Assembly (NCBI GenBank): GCA_965202585.1
Contig: OZ241832.1
Span: forward strand, 56,358,001 to 56,422,000
Direction of reading: 5' to 3'
From: Thalia democratica
Lineage: Eukaryota
Length of the DNA: 64,000 bases
The notes under the pieces were generated by a model. It had not been told where the DNA came from. It searched no databases and saw nothing but the letters and a program-made list of their open reading frames with translations. The position numbers and the translations under genes are program-made. The first letter of the stretch is position 1. Each line of letters begins with the position of its first letter. Below are positions 1-12,230 of this stretch, in pieces.

Positions 1-790
1 AAATTTTAACAACCTGCAAAAATCGAAACAAATTTCTAGCAAAAAAAACTGTCATTTTAGTATGTGAGTCTTTTCTTGATTGCAACGCAACTGAGAAAAG
101 GTATGCGTCTTCTATTTCAATCCTTTTTTAAACCATTTGTCTTGCCCCCGACTCTTTAAAGTTTTGTAACTAAACAGGCAAGAAATAGAAGATCATATAA
201 ATATCATGGAATTTTGTTTGTTCGACAGAAGTTTTTTAAAATGTATTAAACAATAGATTTCAACAAAATTTAAAAGATAATTTGAAAACGTAGAAAATGA
301 ACATTGATAAGACAAATATTATCTTTCTTGGTTTATTGATTACATAAATATCTACGATATGCGCATTTGTCCGTTGTCGACAAATATTTAAAGTTAAATT
401 AAAAATAGATCAACTAACTCAATCTTTGAATTGTGGTTCAAGGTGGTAAAACACAACATTTATTCTGATCAAAAGAAACTCCAGATAACTAAATTTATCA
501 CCGTTAAAACAAAACTTCACAAGTTATAAAAAAATAATATCTGACAAAATGATTCGTTGTGTTCTAGATTTTTGAAAAGTTCAGTTTTAAACAATGCTTA
601 CAGAAGTAAACTGAAGCTTTTGTACTTAACAGTTTTTTTTTTGTAAATGTGTCAATCACTGGGTTTAAGCTTGAAATATTAATAAATCATTTTCTAATAT
701 AAAAAAGATGCAAACTAATAATAAATTATAGCTCCCAGAAGTTAGCCTACCTTTCTTATTGAAATTTAGAATCAGCATGTAAGGGTTCTA

Positions 791-928
791 AGAAGTGAGA
801 GAACCAACAATTACGCTGAAGCGGCTCATCGCGCCCTATACTGCGTGTTATATGGAACCAATCCTAATTTATGGAGCTTCGTACAAATGCTCAAAACAAC
901 TCAAAATACAAGAGACCTTTTTGAATAA
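791..928 (+). mobile_element. Mutator-like (MULE) transposase C-terminal remnant
   Basis: Translates RSERTNNYAEAAHRALYCVLYGTNPNLWSFVQMLKTTQ, matching the invertebrate MULE motif RTNNxxExxHxxL...HPxIWxFIxxLKxxQ. Fragment only. Confidence 0.75.
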
Positions 929-929
929 T

Positions 930-1030
930 AAAGTTTGAATAATTACTATTTTACTAGTTTTCTACATAAATTCTTATATAAAGTTGCACAAATTTCATGT
1001 TATCAAATGTTAAAAAGTTTTAAATTAAAT
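930..1030 (+). repeat. Dispersed repeat, second copy at ~11462-11565
   Basis: aataattactattttactagttt...ctacataaatt...tatataaagtt(g/a)cacaaatttcat is shared by both sites. Confidence 0.75.
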
Positions 1031-1429
1031 CAACTTCAAGAATTGTTAGCGATACTACGGTCTGATTCCATTATATTTTATGTGGTGCCAAAAGAAGCTC
1101 CCTAAAGAGAACATTGCAAAGAGAAAGACAAGCATGAGATAAAATTAGCTAGTTCTAGCATGGACAACAAAGTCTTATCTAACAAATGTAAACTGTAATA
1201 CTCCTAAAAAGTCCTAAAAGTAAATCAAGTTTCTCAGAAAAATCAGTCATCCAGTGTATGCTTTCTTAAACAACATACAGCAATCAAGGCTGGCTAATTA
1301 ACTTCAAAAAGACTTGAAATACAACAAAAGAGAACATAAGCAAGCCTGAACAGTTCTTTTTAAACCTATTAAAAATTTAATTCTTGAGCCTAGTAATTTT
1401 TTTAAAAACACTTTAAAAAATCTTACTAT

Positions 1430-1780
1430 AAGTAGTCCTGCAATATTGTCTTCAATAGAAGTAATAGATTACTAAATACAGAGAAAAACACCTTTTACTG
1501 ATGCCCAAGATATATAAGTGATTGTCTTAAAAATTTTAAAACATACTTTTGGTAGATTTGCAGTTAAAAAACTGACACAACACCTATGTCTGACTCAACA
1601 ATAGATAGAAGATGCATGCTTGTAAATCATACCAGATATATTCATTGTAAAGCATAACAGATAAGGGGTCAATAATCATGAACGACTTCAGCTATGCATA
1701 CAATAACATTAAGAACCTAGTCACTACAAGGTTATACATCTTATTGGTTTTGTAAATTCTTTTAACCGTTTTTAATAGCC
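1430..1780 (+). mobile_element. Merlin (IS1595/ISXO2-like) transposase remnant, homologous to 6960-7330
   Basis: Shares aaaaaactgac(a/t)caacacctatgtctgactc...agaagatgcatgcttgt(a/g)aatcataccagatatattcattgtaaagcat with the 7 kb copy. Many stops. Confidence 0.55.
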
Positions 1781-2650
1781 ATATAAGAGGCAGGCGACAT
1801 AAAAATATTTAAGCAATTCTAACGCATTTTTACATTAATTTTTAAATAAGAAACAATTTTATATGAAAAATATAACAAGTACTTTTTTTCAACTTCTGTT
1901 AATAAAATATACAATAACAAACAGATATAAGATATAATATAAAACTTATAAAGCTGCATGCGGGAACAACTTCCACATGAACATATTTCACACAACAACA
2001 CATAAACTTGTTCAATTTATATGTGAAAAACCAAATTGTACTAGTTGTAATTTATACAATCAGAAAATAAATTTTCTTAAAAATAAAAGTTTAACCTCAT
2101 CCAAAAATTTTATTGAAACCCTTATATATATAGGGACGCACAACAGGTGTCAAATATGAAAAGAAAATGTGCTGTAAATGATAGTAGTGGTAATAAATTT
2201 AGAATATTTAAAAATATTGCAGACGAATTTTGATCAATCGAAAATTGAAATTTTCAAATATCATTTAAGTTAATGAATAACACTAATGACAACTCAATTG
2301 ATCGGATTTGCCTGCTGTCATATTAGATGACATTAAAATGTTTAAGAAAGTGATGTTTTCTTCACTAAGAAATAAATTGATTTTGTACTTTGACAAAACC
2401 TTTAACTGCTCAGTATATCATATCAGCACAGTTTCTTTTCTTTCAGAAAGGGTGATACAAAAAAAATGATTATGGACTCAGATATGAGGGGTCTATTTCC
2501 TCCATAAATCTAGTAACAAAATATTTTTACTGGATTTTATGGTCATTTTAAAATAGTTAAGATGTCCTTTAAAAATAAATATAATTCAAGTTATTTCTTT
2601 GAGAATTTGTTTGCATTTTGCTCAGATAAGGAAGGAGGCATTGTTTCGGC

Positions 2651-3120
2651 TCTAAAAGAATGCTTTAATAACATTGACACATTTTATTGTTGTGTTCATG
2701 TATAAAAAACATTTCACACAAACTTAAAAGTAATCCTAACTTAAAATTTTTGCTAAGTAGTTTGACTAAATGTAAAAAAAAAGAAGAATTAAATGATAAA
2801 TATGCTATTATAACAAGCTCTGAATTGAATATTATATAAATAGTAATAAAAATATTCAAGATTATGTAAAAAAGATGTATTCTGTAATCAAAAATTATGT
2901 AATACACACTAAACAAATTTTGTAAATGCAGTAGTGACCTGTGCAATTGTTCTGCAATAATGAACGCTTGCGCAGAGTCAGCAAACGCTAAAATAAAAAT
3001 CATTTAAAACTTAAAACTTTAACTCCATCAGAGTTAATTGATAAACTTCTACTCCCTTAGAGAGTTTGAGAGAATTAAACAATCATCAACTTAACCACTT
3101 CAAGCAAATGTTTTCTAATA
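2651..3120. repeat. Dispersed ~470-bp repeat, second copy at ~8419-8890 (probable decayed TE)
   Basis: ctaaaagaatgctttaataacattgacacattttattg... and following sequence align across both copies with substitutions and indels. Confidence 0.85.
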
Positions 3121-3869
3121 AGGGTGACTATTAGCTATAAGTATTTTAAATTAAAGCCAAAGCAAGCTTTAAATCTAATTTTCAATTGCAAAAAGTTTAT
3201 GATTTAGATGAAATTTTAAGTACTGATTTATCTAACAAATATTTTATAAATCAAATAACTTTGACTTGAAGCATATTGTTTGTGTCTGGAAAAATGTAAG
3301 TGCAGTACATTATAAATTTTAAGTTTTTTACAATACTGAAACAAATTTTTGTTCTGTTCTTCGTGTAAAAAAATCTTATTTAATACCTGTAAATGAAACG
3401 GATGAAAACATTAATAAATTTTACAACAAATATTACAAACCAAATTTTAGATAAGCTTTTTAATACTGAAAAACAAAAAAGATTTGTAATGCTCAAATTT
3501 AGTACAGTAAAAGTTAAGGGGAAAAGACTTATACGCAAAAACAAAAGTTTCATGTCGAATCAGCTTAATTTTTTTTACTTAAGCTCTTCAGTCAGCAAAA
3601 AGTTACAGTCAAGTTTGAGCTGCATCCATTATTGGCAAATAAAAAATATATGAAAAAAAGGTTTGATCAAAATAAAAACAAATTAATTGCTGAATTTACT
3701 AGGAAGAAAGTTTTAATTGATACAACTCCAACAACAATCACTTTATTTGTAAGGATATATAATCCAAAATGTAGTTCTATATTTTTATGATGGTTTTTTA
3801 TACCAATAAATTTAAATTCTTTAACCTTATAGGTAACAAACCTAATTGAATGTTTACCTAATCGCCTCA

Positions 3870-4030
3870 ATAAGCAAATAACCACTTTAACATTGAATTA
3901 AGACAAATATCCTAACGGAATTTATTTAAGTCATTATAATTCATTTATAAGACGCTCAACAAATCTCAAACCTTAAAAGAAAAAATTCTGATATAGTACT
4001 AATTATTTCAAAACGTAGCTGTTGAGCTAC
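3870..4030. repeat. Dispersed repeat, second copy at ~11655-11820
   Basis: ttaa(c/t)attgaat...agac(g/c)ctcaacaaa...tttcaaaacgtagc...gctaca is shared. Confidence 0.65.
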
Positions 4031-5112
4031 AGTTTATTTAGAATTAATAAAAAAATAAAGATGTTTTGTTAATAATGTCCATAAAATTGAAAAAATTTAC
4101 TTGAATGGTATATGCACTGATCTCCCAATAATAATATGTTAACACGAACTAATATTAGCCGAAATGTTAAATAGTGCTAAAAATAAAAGTTTATTGCAAT
4201 TTGATGAAACATTCAATACATCTATATACCGTTTATAATTTTATCTCACTAGAAAAACAGGTGCTTCAGCCCTCATGTTAGCTATATTTTTGATGCATTC
4301 AGCTGATGATGGAATCCCTTTTTGACATGTACGGATAAGACATCACCTTTGAAAAGCTTGAAAAAAACCTCAATGATGTTTGCCCAGCTACGCATTATCG
4401 AAGAGAAAATATGCACCATGAAATTTTGGACTTAGATGAGAAGGGGGCAATTGGCAAAAGTTAGAATTCCGGGAAAACCAAAAAAATAACTATGAAAATT
4501 ATCAGTATAAACAATACTGTTAGATTAAACAGCTTAAATGGGACTTTTTTTTATTTTCTATAATGTTAAAGATGTCCATCCATAACTATACTCTGGATAA
4601 AATCAAAAAGTGGAGTGAAGAGAAAACATAAACCTAGATGGTATTGAGTTAAACAGGCTTTTAATTTGCAAGTAATACACTGAATCTGGATCAAATGTAC
4701 AACAAGTTATAATCCTGGGTGCCAAACACAAGCAGGGTGAAGACAAATGACAAACAGTTGTCTGACCACTTGAAAGTGATAAAAAACATTGACTTGGTGC
4801 TCATTGCAATTGAAGAAAACTATAGTTACATCAACTAAGATTTCCACTGATAAAATAAACAAAAAATTGTTGTCTGACAGCTTGAAAGAAAATATAAACT
4901 GAGTTTAATTATTTTACACTTAAACCATCTGCAACATACAGTGAAAATAAAAATAAACTTATCCAACTGATTATTTTTGGATAGATTGCTTACCCCTTTA
5001 GAAGGTCTTTCAATAATTCCTGACAATGTAAACCAGTTTGAATACTGTGTTTTCAGTGGTGTTGTAATAAAAAAGGAGTCTCATTGCTCTTTCAGCACTT
5101 ACCTGTGAGCTT

Positions 5113-5450
5113 TTATAAAAACTATAGGGATATCTCCGCATATACTCTGTATTGAGCTAGTGGCTCGGGGAAAAGGCCACTAGCTCCATACTTCTGGGTA
5201 ACAAAAAATTTGCAGGGTTACTTGCCTACTCACCTATAAACACAACAACTCTTCCTCTAAATTCCAGTTGCATTTAGTTTGTCTGTACAAAAGAAGAACA
5301 TTAAAGATGAAGAATACAAATACAATTTTGATGTAAACTTGCTTCCACCAAGTGTCACGGAACGGGAATTAAGTATGCCAATAAGATTGACAAGATTTTT
5401 AATCACAACAAATGTTTATGATCCATTTAATAAAATGGCATTAACGAAAG
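5113..5450. repeat. Dispersed repeat; second copy at ~11050-11385 abuts the viral element
   Basis: aaaactata(g/a)ggatat(c/a)tccgcatata...gagctagtgg...acacaacaactcttcc...aaacttgcttccaccaagtgt(c/g)acggaac is shared. Confidence 0.85.
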
Positions 5451-5679
5451 ATACAATTACAAGGAAATATCTTTAATTTCCTTTAACAAACAATACCACC
5501 CAAATGTTTCCTTTTTTAATTAAAACAAGCAAAATATTTTACTCTACCTTCGTTTTCAATATGTTGCAAATAAATATCCTTTAAACTTTAATTTTGATCT
5601 TGATGTTAATAACCAGAAAAGAAACGATGTTGAAAAAAAAAGATAAATTTTACTTATAGTTAACTAGTATGCTGTAAGT

Positions 5680-6140
5680 AAACTAGATAAAAACTTTGGT
5701 AAGGAAGAAACACCTGAGTTTTCCTAAGAAGGTTTTGATGATGAACGTTTAGTTTTGGTTTTAGAAAGTTATACTTCAAAGGAAAACCATTATCTATGTA
5801 ACGTATCCACGAAAGAGCGTGGAAAATCAAGAAAAAGCAACATCCGACCAATGGGGGGCTTACAATGTCATTGAAAGATTAGTAGATAGAAATGGTGAAC
5901 TGATGAATTAAGAACACCACACGGTTAACCATAAAGTAGGCTTGTTAACTTCGAAAACTCGTGGATACACACCCAAACCATTGAGCGGCACTGGGATGAA
6001 ATGAAGGAAGTTATCAAGAGTAGAGGGGTGAGTAAGAAGGTTGAGCAACATTTGTATAAATATAGATTTAAAAAAAATATCCATTGAACACGCTTCACCA
6101 TTTAATGGTTGAAGCAGGGAAACCATTCCCTTATTCTAGG
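5680..6140 (+). mobile_element. Merlin (IS1595/ISXO2-like DDE) transposase remnant
   Basis: From 5840: TSDQWGAYN...EHHTVNHKVG, then after a frameshift HTQTIERHWDEMKEVIKSRGVSKKVEQHLYKY. Matches the Merlin SDxWxAY...TVNHS...HTQxIExxW signature. Confidence 0.85.
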
Positions 6141-6959
6141 TTTATGAATACCCCATTATACTTTCATAAAATTTATATGGTTAAAAATGGTTTGGGAGAA
6201 ATATTGAGAAAAGAAAATCCTAGGCTCATTTCGCTTTTTAGCACTAACCATGCTTTGCAAAATGCTTGTTTGAATGCAACAAAAAAACGATGTCTAAATA
6301 AGTAAGTATTATTTTTTTATTTAAAAAATAGGTTGATGACCTGATAAATAAAACATTTGGTTATTTCAAGCTTTCTCACTTAAGGAGAGACGAGTATGAA
6401 GACCTAAGCCTATACATAAATGGAGAGATTCCTCTGAGATTCAAATCCTTATGCATAACGCAATGGATTTCTCATCGCGTTATGCATAATCGTCATTAAA
6501 TGGATAACTCTCAAAATTTTTTATAATCAAGTAAATTTAAATTAAAACATAAGTTGCTGTATTTATTCTCAAATTTGTGTGAATAACAAATGACATTCCA
6601 TTAAAAACCTACATAATTTATATACAAGTATAACTCTGACATTTTACCAGGATTTTAAAAAAATGAGTGTCCCTTTGACTCCACTTACATCTAATGTATG
6701 TTGATTTAGTTAAAATCCCTTTTTAGTAAGTAATTAGTATGTAGTTTAATATGGGTTTATCTATTACAAATTTTCCATAAATAGCAGATCATTTATGGTT
6801 ACTTTTTGACAATTATAATATTAAAAAGGCTAATGAAATACTTTCTGTGAATGATTCCAATCAAAGAATACAATCAAAAAATCTGTATATAGGAGAGAAA
6901 AGAAAGCATAGTTTCCAATTTTTTTCAAAACACTAAATAATTTTATTACAATAATATTA

Positions 6960-7330
6960 TTTCCTGCAATATTATCTACAAAAGAAGTAGTACATTACTT
7001 AATGCAAAGAAAAAACATTTTACTGGTGCTCAAGATATAAAAGTGATTGTCTTGAAAATTGTAGAACCTTTTTTGGTAGAAATGCAGCTGAAAAAACTGA
7101 CTCAACACCTATGTCTGACTCCACAACAGCTAGAAGATGCATGCTTGTGAATCATACCAGATATATTCATTGTAAAGCATTGATAGCGTTGTAGACGCCA
7201 ACAAGGTGTCGAAGGACTATAATTGCCACAATAAATCACGGTATCAGTTTTGTCAATTCTTCTAACCGTTGGGATCATACCCAAACGATAAAAAGGTTAT
7301 GGGAGACCTGAAGGAGCACATAAGTGGTCA
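6960..7330 (+). mobile_element. Merlin-like transposase remnant (internally deleted)
   Basis: TINHGISFVNSSNRWDHTQTIKRLWET near 7235-7312, preceded by a Cys-containing N-terminal-like segment with stops. Confidence 0.7.
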
Positions 7331-8418
7331 TGATAAAGGGATGGTTGTCAAATAAATGTTTTAGATATTTGTTTTTGAAATTCATAAAACAAACTACTTT
7401 CATCATTTGTTGCTTGAGTGCGGGAAGTCATTCTTGTACGAAGAAAACTAAATATTAATTTTAGCTCAACAAAAAAAAAAACTGATATTTAAAAGATTGT
7501 AAATAAATAAATAATTAGAAACAGCTCTGAAACTCAAAATGATGTTGAGTATTTAAACTCTAAAAACCTGGCAGTTGTTGCATAAGAGGGAAATAAGCAG
7601 GTTACTTTACCAGACCAACTTTGACTAATAGCATTTAATAAATCCTGGAAAGTTTGGCTCAGCAAATGAAACGTTATGAAGCAAAGTCAGGCAGCTGTTT
7701 GACAAACAGGATTTTCTTATGGACTAGTTGCACTTAAAAGCCTCAACGAAAGTAAAATAATACTTGCTAAGCGGCTGAATCTTAATAAAGTTTTAAATCG
7801 AATTTCTATATTACAATTGTTGTTATAAAATTACAAAATAGAAAGTTAAACTTAAAAAGAACATTTAAAAAAAATAGGATTTAGAAATGAAATAAGATTC
7901 CAAACGCTTTTATTGTTTTTATTTATCAATACAGGTCCTACAGCACTAAACTGCACCAAAAAATTAAACGTTGCCACACATACATGTTTCATAATACATA
8001 TTACACGAAAATACAATAATGCTTCAAGCTGACATTATGTTGCACTGTTAAAGACTGTAATGTGAAATGAAAAGGAGCTTTTAACAAAGAAGTGATTGAA
8101 CTGCAAAGACTCGGTGTTCCAAACCACAAACACACCAATAAAAATAGGAGAACTAAGCTTAGTCAAAAACAATCTGGTAATAGTTGTATAAAATTTAAAT
8201 CGTAAACATCAATATAAATAACAACCTTTTAAACATATCTAAAATAGTAAATTGCTGCTTATTAAACTTATGTTTAAAAAAATATTTTTCAAAATTTAAT
8301 AGTTTAAAGATATTAAAATGTTGCTTTTAAAACAAATTTTACTTAAAAAGAAACTATAGAACATCTGTTAGACGAAAACAGCAGCATTTACTTCAGGACG
8401 CACAGATCAGGAAGGAGA

Positions 8419-8890
8419 CTCTAAAAGAATGCTTTAATAACATTGACACATTTTATTGCTGTATTCATGTAGAAAAAACATTTCACACAAATTTAAAAGC
8501 AATCCTAACTTAAGATTTTTGCCAAGTAATTTGACTAAATGTAAAAAAATAGAAGAATTAAATGATAAATACGCTTTTATAACAAGCTCTAAATATTATA
8601 TTGTAGTATTAAAAATGTTCAAGATTATGTAAAAAAGATGTATTCTAAAATCAAAAATTATGTAATATACCCACTAAACAAATTTTGTAAATGCAGTAGT
8701 GTTCTGCAATAACGAACAATTGTGCTGAGTCAGTCAATGCTAAAATAAAAAATCATTAAGAACTTGAAAATATTACCAGATTGTTTTTGACTAATTTTAG
8801 TCCTATTTTTAAGTCTTAAACTACTCAAGAGTTAATTGATAGTTTGCGAGAATTAAACAATCATCAACTTATCAACAAATGTTGTCTAAT
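8419..8890. repeat. Second copy of the 2651-3120 repeat
   Basis: Direct alignment with 2651-3120. Confidence 0.85.
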
Positions 8891-9632
8891 TAACAATGCT
8901 GACTTTATATTTACTGGTGGTAGTTTTGAATTGAATAGTGTAGATGAAGAGTCTATAGATTGTTTGTATGACCAATTTTTTGAAACTGACCATTTTTCTT
9001 CTTCAGATGAAAAAAGTAATATCTAACCAATTAGGAGAAGGAATTTTAAATTGAGTAGGGGAGCATCAGGAGAATTATAAACAATCAGGTTTATGCTGAG
9101 TCATCAGACAAGGTTAGTTTGTATCCTATATTAGCATTATCCACAGCTCATCAATAACATTTTTGTTGCATGGTAAAAGTTAATACTGATGTATTTATGT
9201 TCATTTTTAAATAACTTACTTCTTTCATTTTAATTAGGCATAAACTAAGTCTGATGAAGATATGAGCTGTTTAACATAGCAAAGTAGAATATAAAATTAT
9301 TTTACAAGCAATAAGTGAAAATTTTAAGAAAATAAACTGATAACAACCTTTCAAAGTTTATTTAACAACAGTTCTTCAAATAACATTCCAGATCAACTTG
9401 AAAAATTGATAGATAATAAAGTAGATGATCTTTTGTAAAAAAAGATTCATGAGTTTTAAGTTGCAATAGTACTAATGAAATTAACAAAAACTCTTTAAAA
9501 TTTTTAAATGAACAGTGTCGAGCAAGATATAAAAAAGGATCATATAAATAACATGAAATTATTTTTAGCTTTTTCAGTCAAACCATCTGCACCATATAGT
9601 AAAAAGAGAAATTTAGTTACATATTCTATTAG

Positions 9633-11057
9633 GATTTTCAGATAGATCACTTACCTATTGCTTTGCACTGCGCCAAAATTGACAAGGCGTTTGCGATTTA
9701 TCAAAAACACCATGACAACATTTACAGCAAATTAAAGATTGACCCTTTTTTATCTATAATAGGAGCATATAGAAACGAAATTGAAACTCACTATAGACTT
9801 TACCTTCTCAGGTCACTTTTCAGTCAATATGATCTGAAGCTGGAGACCATTTGGAATTATGGCTCTGAAGTAATAAGTTTATTTTTGAACCTTTTTGACG
9901 GTGTCTCCCCTGAAAAGACAATAACGGCACAGAGCCTTGCCAGCCAGGAGACTAGTGACTTGGTTAACCAAGTTAAAGAGTTTCTTACGGAAAAATTTTC
10001 AAATTTAGATAAACCTGTTTTAAGTATTGTCGGAACTGTCACTGCCATGATCTGTTCACTGATAGGAGCCCCTCTCTTTTGTAGAAAGAAGGAATCATAT
10101 TTTTCAACTTTTGCCCGCTTTGGTGGCAACATATCCAAAATATCCGGTTTCTCAAAAGCTGACAGCATGTTTACGTCCGCTCTCAAAGCCCTTGGTGTTG
10201 ACATACTTGATATTAGTACTCAAGCCGAGAAGGAAGACCTTAAGGAGCTCTCTGAACTGATGGAGCACCTTGAAGATTTTCAGCTTCTTTGTACCACTAG
10301 CCAATCCGCCACTTTTCAAAAATTGGGGGACTTCATGGAGCTGGATAAGACATGCAAAGAAGTTGACAAGAAGTATGCTAATTTAATGAGCAAGGAATCT
10401 TACAAATTATTAGTGCCTGTATATAATAATTTCAAAAAATTGAGAGTTTCTCTCACAAAAATTTTGAAAGAATACATGAGCACTACTGAACGCCAAGTCC
10501 CCGTTTGTCTTTATCTTTATAGACCTCCGGGTGTAGGAAAATCTGAACTTCTACAGGAATTATCTTGCAGATTGCATAAAAAACTTGGTATAGCGAACAC
10601 CACCTATCCTCGATCCCCAACGGACAAATTCTAGTCGAATTATTGCGGGCAAAGTGTTGTTATGTACAATGACATGTTTTTGCTGGCCGATGGGAAAGAC
10701 GCGCAAGAGTTTATTTCAGCTGTCACTGCTGCCCCTTATGGTATCAATATGGGCGACCTCAGTGACAATGGAACTCATTATTCCTCAAAGTTTCTATTTT
10801 GCGCATCTAATACTGCGTACTACAACCTTTCTAACGTTGTTACTAATCCAGATGTTACAGACAGGCAACGCCATCTTATGTTTGAAGTCAGTCTTGCGGC
10901 TCCTTTCAATCCTAACAAAAAGAACGGGCTTGATTTTGACTTCAAGAATGTTATCTTGAGGCGAATGAACATTAAGAGGAATTGGATCGATTCGAAGTAC
11001 CTAGTTAATGATAGAAAGAGTAAGGCCAAGAAAGCTAACGAACAAAATTATTTATGA
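9633..11057 (+). pseudogene. Endogenous viral element: picorna-like (Picornavirales-type) polyprotein fragment, 2B-like region plus 2C superfamily-3 helicase
   Basis: ORFs 9663-10634 and 10662-11057 are in the same frame, split only by TAG 10632-10634 at the conserved W (DKF*SNYCGQ). RQVPVCLYLY-RPPGVGKS (Walker A, 10521-10544), VVMYND (Walker B, 10665-10673), INMGDLSDNGTHYSS, FCASN (motif C), DRQRH (Arg-finger position). Upstream are a candidate TAQ/S protease site (9924-9935) and a hydrophobic segment LSIVGTVTAMICSLIGAPLF. No ATG start and no introns. Confidence 0.9.
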
Positions 11058-11385
11058 AAACTATAAGGATATATCCGCATATAATTCTGTAAGGAGCTAG
11101 TGGTAATTTGCTGGGTAACTTGTTCTTTCAACTGTTACACAACAACTCTTCCACCACATGCTATTTGAATTGGGAAATTTAGCTTGTCTGTATTCAATAA
11201 ATGCATTTAAGTTGATGAAATAGGTTTTTTTTTAATGATACAAATACATTTTGATGAAAACTTGCTTCCACCAAGTGTGACGGAACTGGGATCAAGTATG
11301 CTAATGAGATTGACCGCACTTTTAATCACGACAAATGTTTGTAATTTTTTTGATACAATAACATCAAACAAAGAAGCCCTAATCA
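11050..11385. repeat. Second copy of the 5113-5450 repeat, directly 3' of the viral element
   Basis: Direct alignment; the right arm of the GC hairpin seen at 5154-5186 is deleted here. Confidence 0.8.
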
Positions 11386-11859
11386 AGAGATTTCTTCAAA
11401 TTTAGATAAAAATTGTAATATTTTAGAATTCTTAAAAGGAATTTCAAACATCTGTAATTTTCAATAATTACTATTTTACTAGTTTTCTACATAAATTAAT
11501 TATATAAAGTTACACAAATTTCATTTTACCAAATATTAAAAAGTTTTAAAATAACTTAAATTAAATATATTTAATATATATAATTTAAATTTTTAAACTT
11601 CATAGGTAATAAAGTTAATTGTCTATATACCTTATAGCGTCACTAAGCTAACAACCTTTTAATATTGAATAAAGATAAATCTTCTCGCAAGATTTATTTA
11701 AATCCTAACAATTTATTTAAAGACCCTCAACAAACCTAAAACCTCAAAGAAAAATCAATGATTAACTTGAGTGGCAACAAAAAATTTCAAAACGTAGCCG
11801 AAGGGCTACAATTTATTAAAATGTGTTAAAAAATAAAGATATCCCAACTAGGAGGCGCT

Positions 11860-12230
11860 GCCAGTTGTCTACCAGAATCTAGCAAATGCTTGGGTTGATC
11901 GTGTTATTTTCCAAGAAAAGTTTTGTTCGTGAGTGAGAAAACTTTGACAAGTAGAAAATACTTTTTTTACTTCAAAAATTGCTCTACACATCCAAGTGAG
12001 GAGGAACTAATATAGGCTGATAGGAAAATCTCTGCCAAGTTTCTGCCTTCAAATGTAACTGCAATCTTACAGCAAATAGATCAAGGTCTGCTTGTGTCTA
12101 TTAAAAGGGTCTATAGAAAATCAACTTTATGAGATTTTTTTCTGCAATCAACCTTCAACGTACAAGATTATTAAAAAGAACCTACATGATAAAAATTGCT
12201 GATACTATTGCATCAGCTTGGGATATGGTA
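11860..12230 (+). mobile_element. pogo/Tigger (Tc1-mariner superfamily, DDE_1) transposase remnant
   Basis: LPVVYQNLANAWVDRVIF...QNCSTHPSEEELI*ADRKISAKFLPSNVTAILQQIDQGLLVSIKRVYRK...IASAWDMVT. Matches the pogo LPxNxTxxxQPxDQG motif, with stops and frameshifts. Confidence 0.88.

Noticed and set aside
9857-11029. ORFs 9857-10204 (-), 10654-10959 (+, other frame) and 10820-11029 (-)
   Set aside because: Antisense or off-frame shadows of the viral polyprotein frame, with no recognisable motifs.
9633-11057. Interpretation as parvovirus NS1, CRESS Rep or a cellular AAA+ gene
   Set aside because: No HUH endonuclease motifs upstream. Motif spacing, the Q/S site and the 2B-like hydrophobic helix fit picorna-like 2C; there are no introns or start codon.
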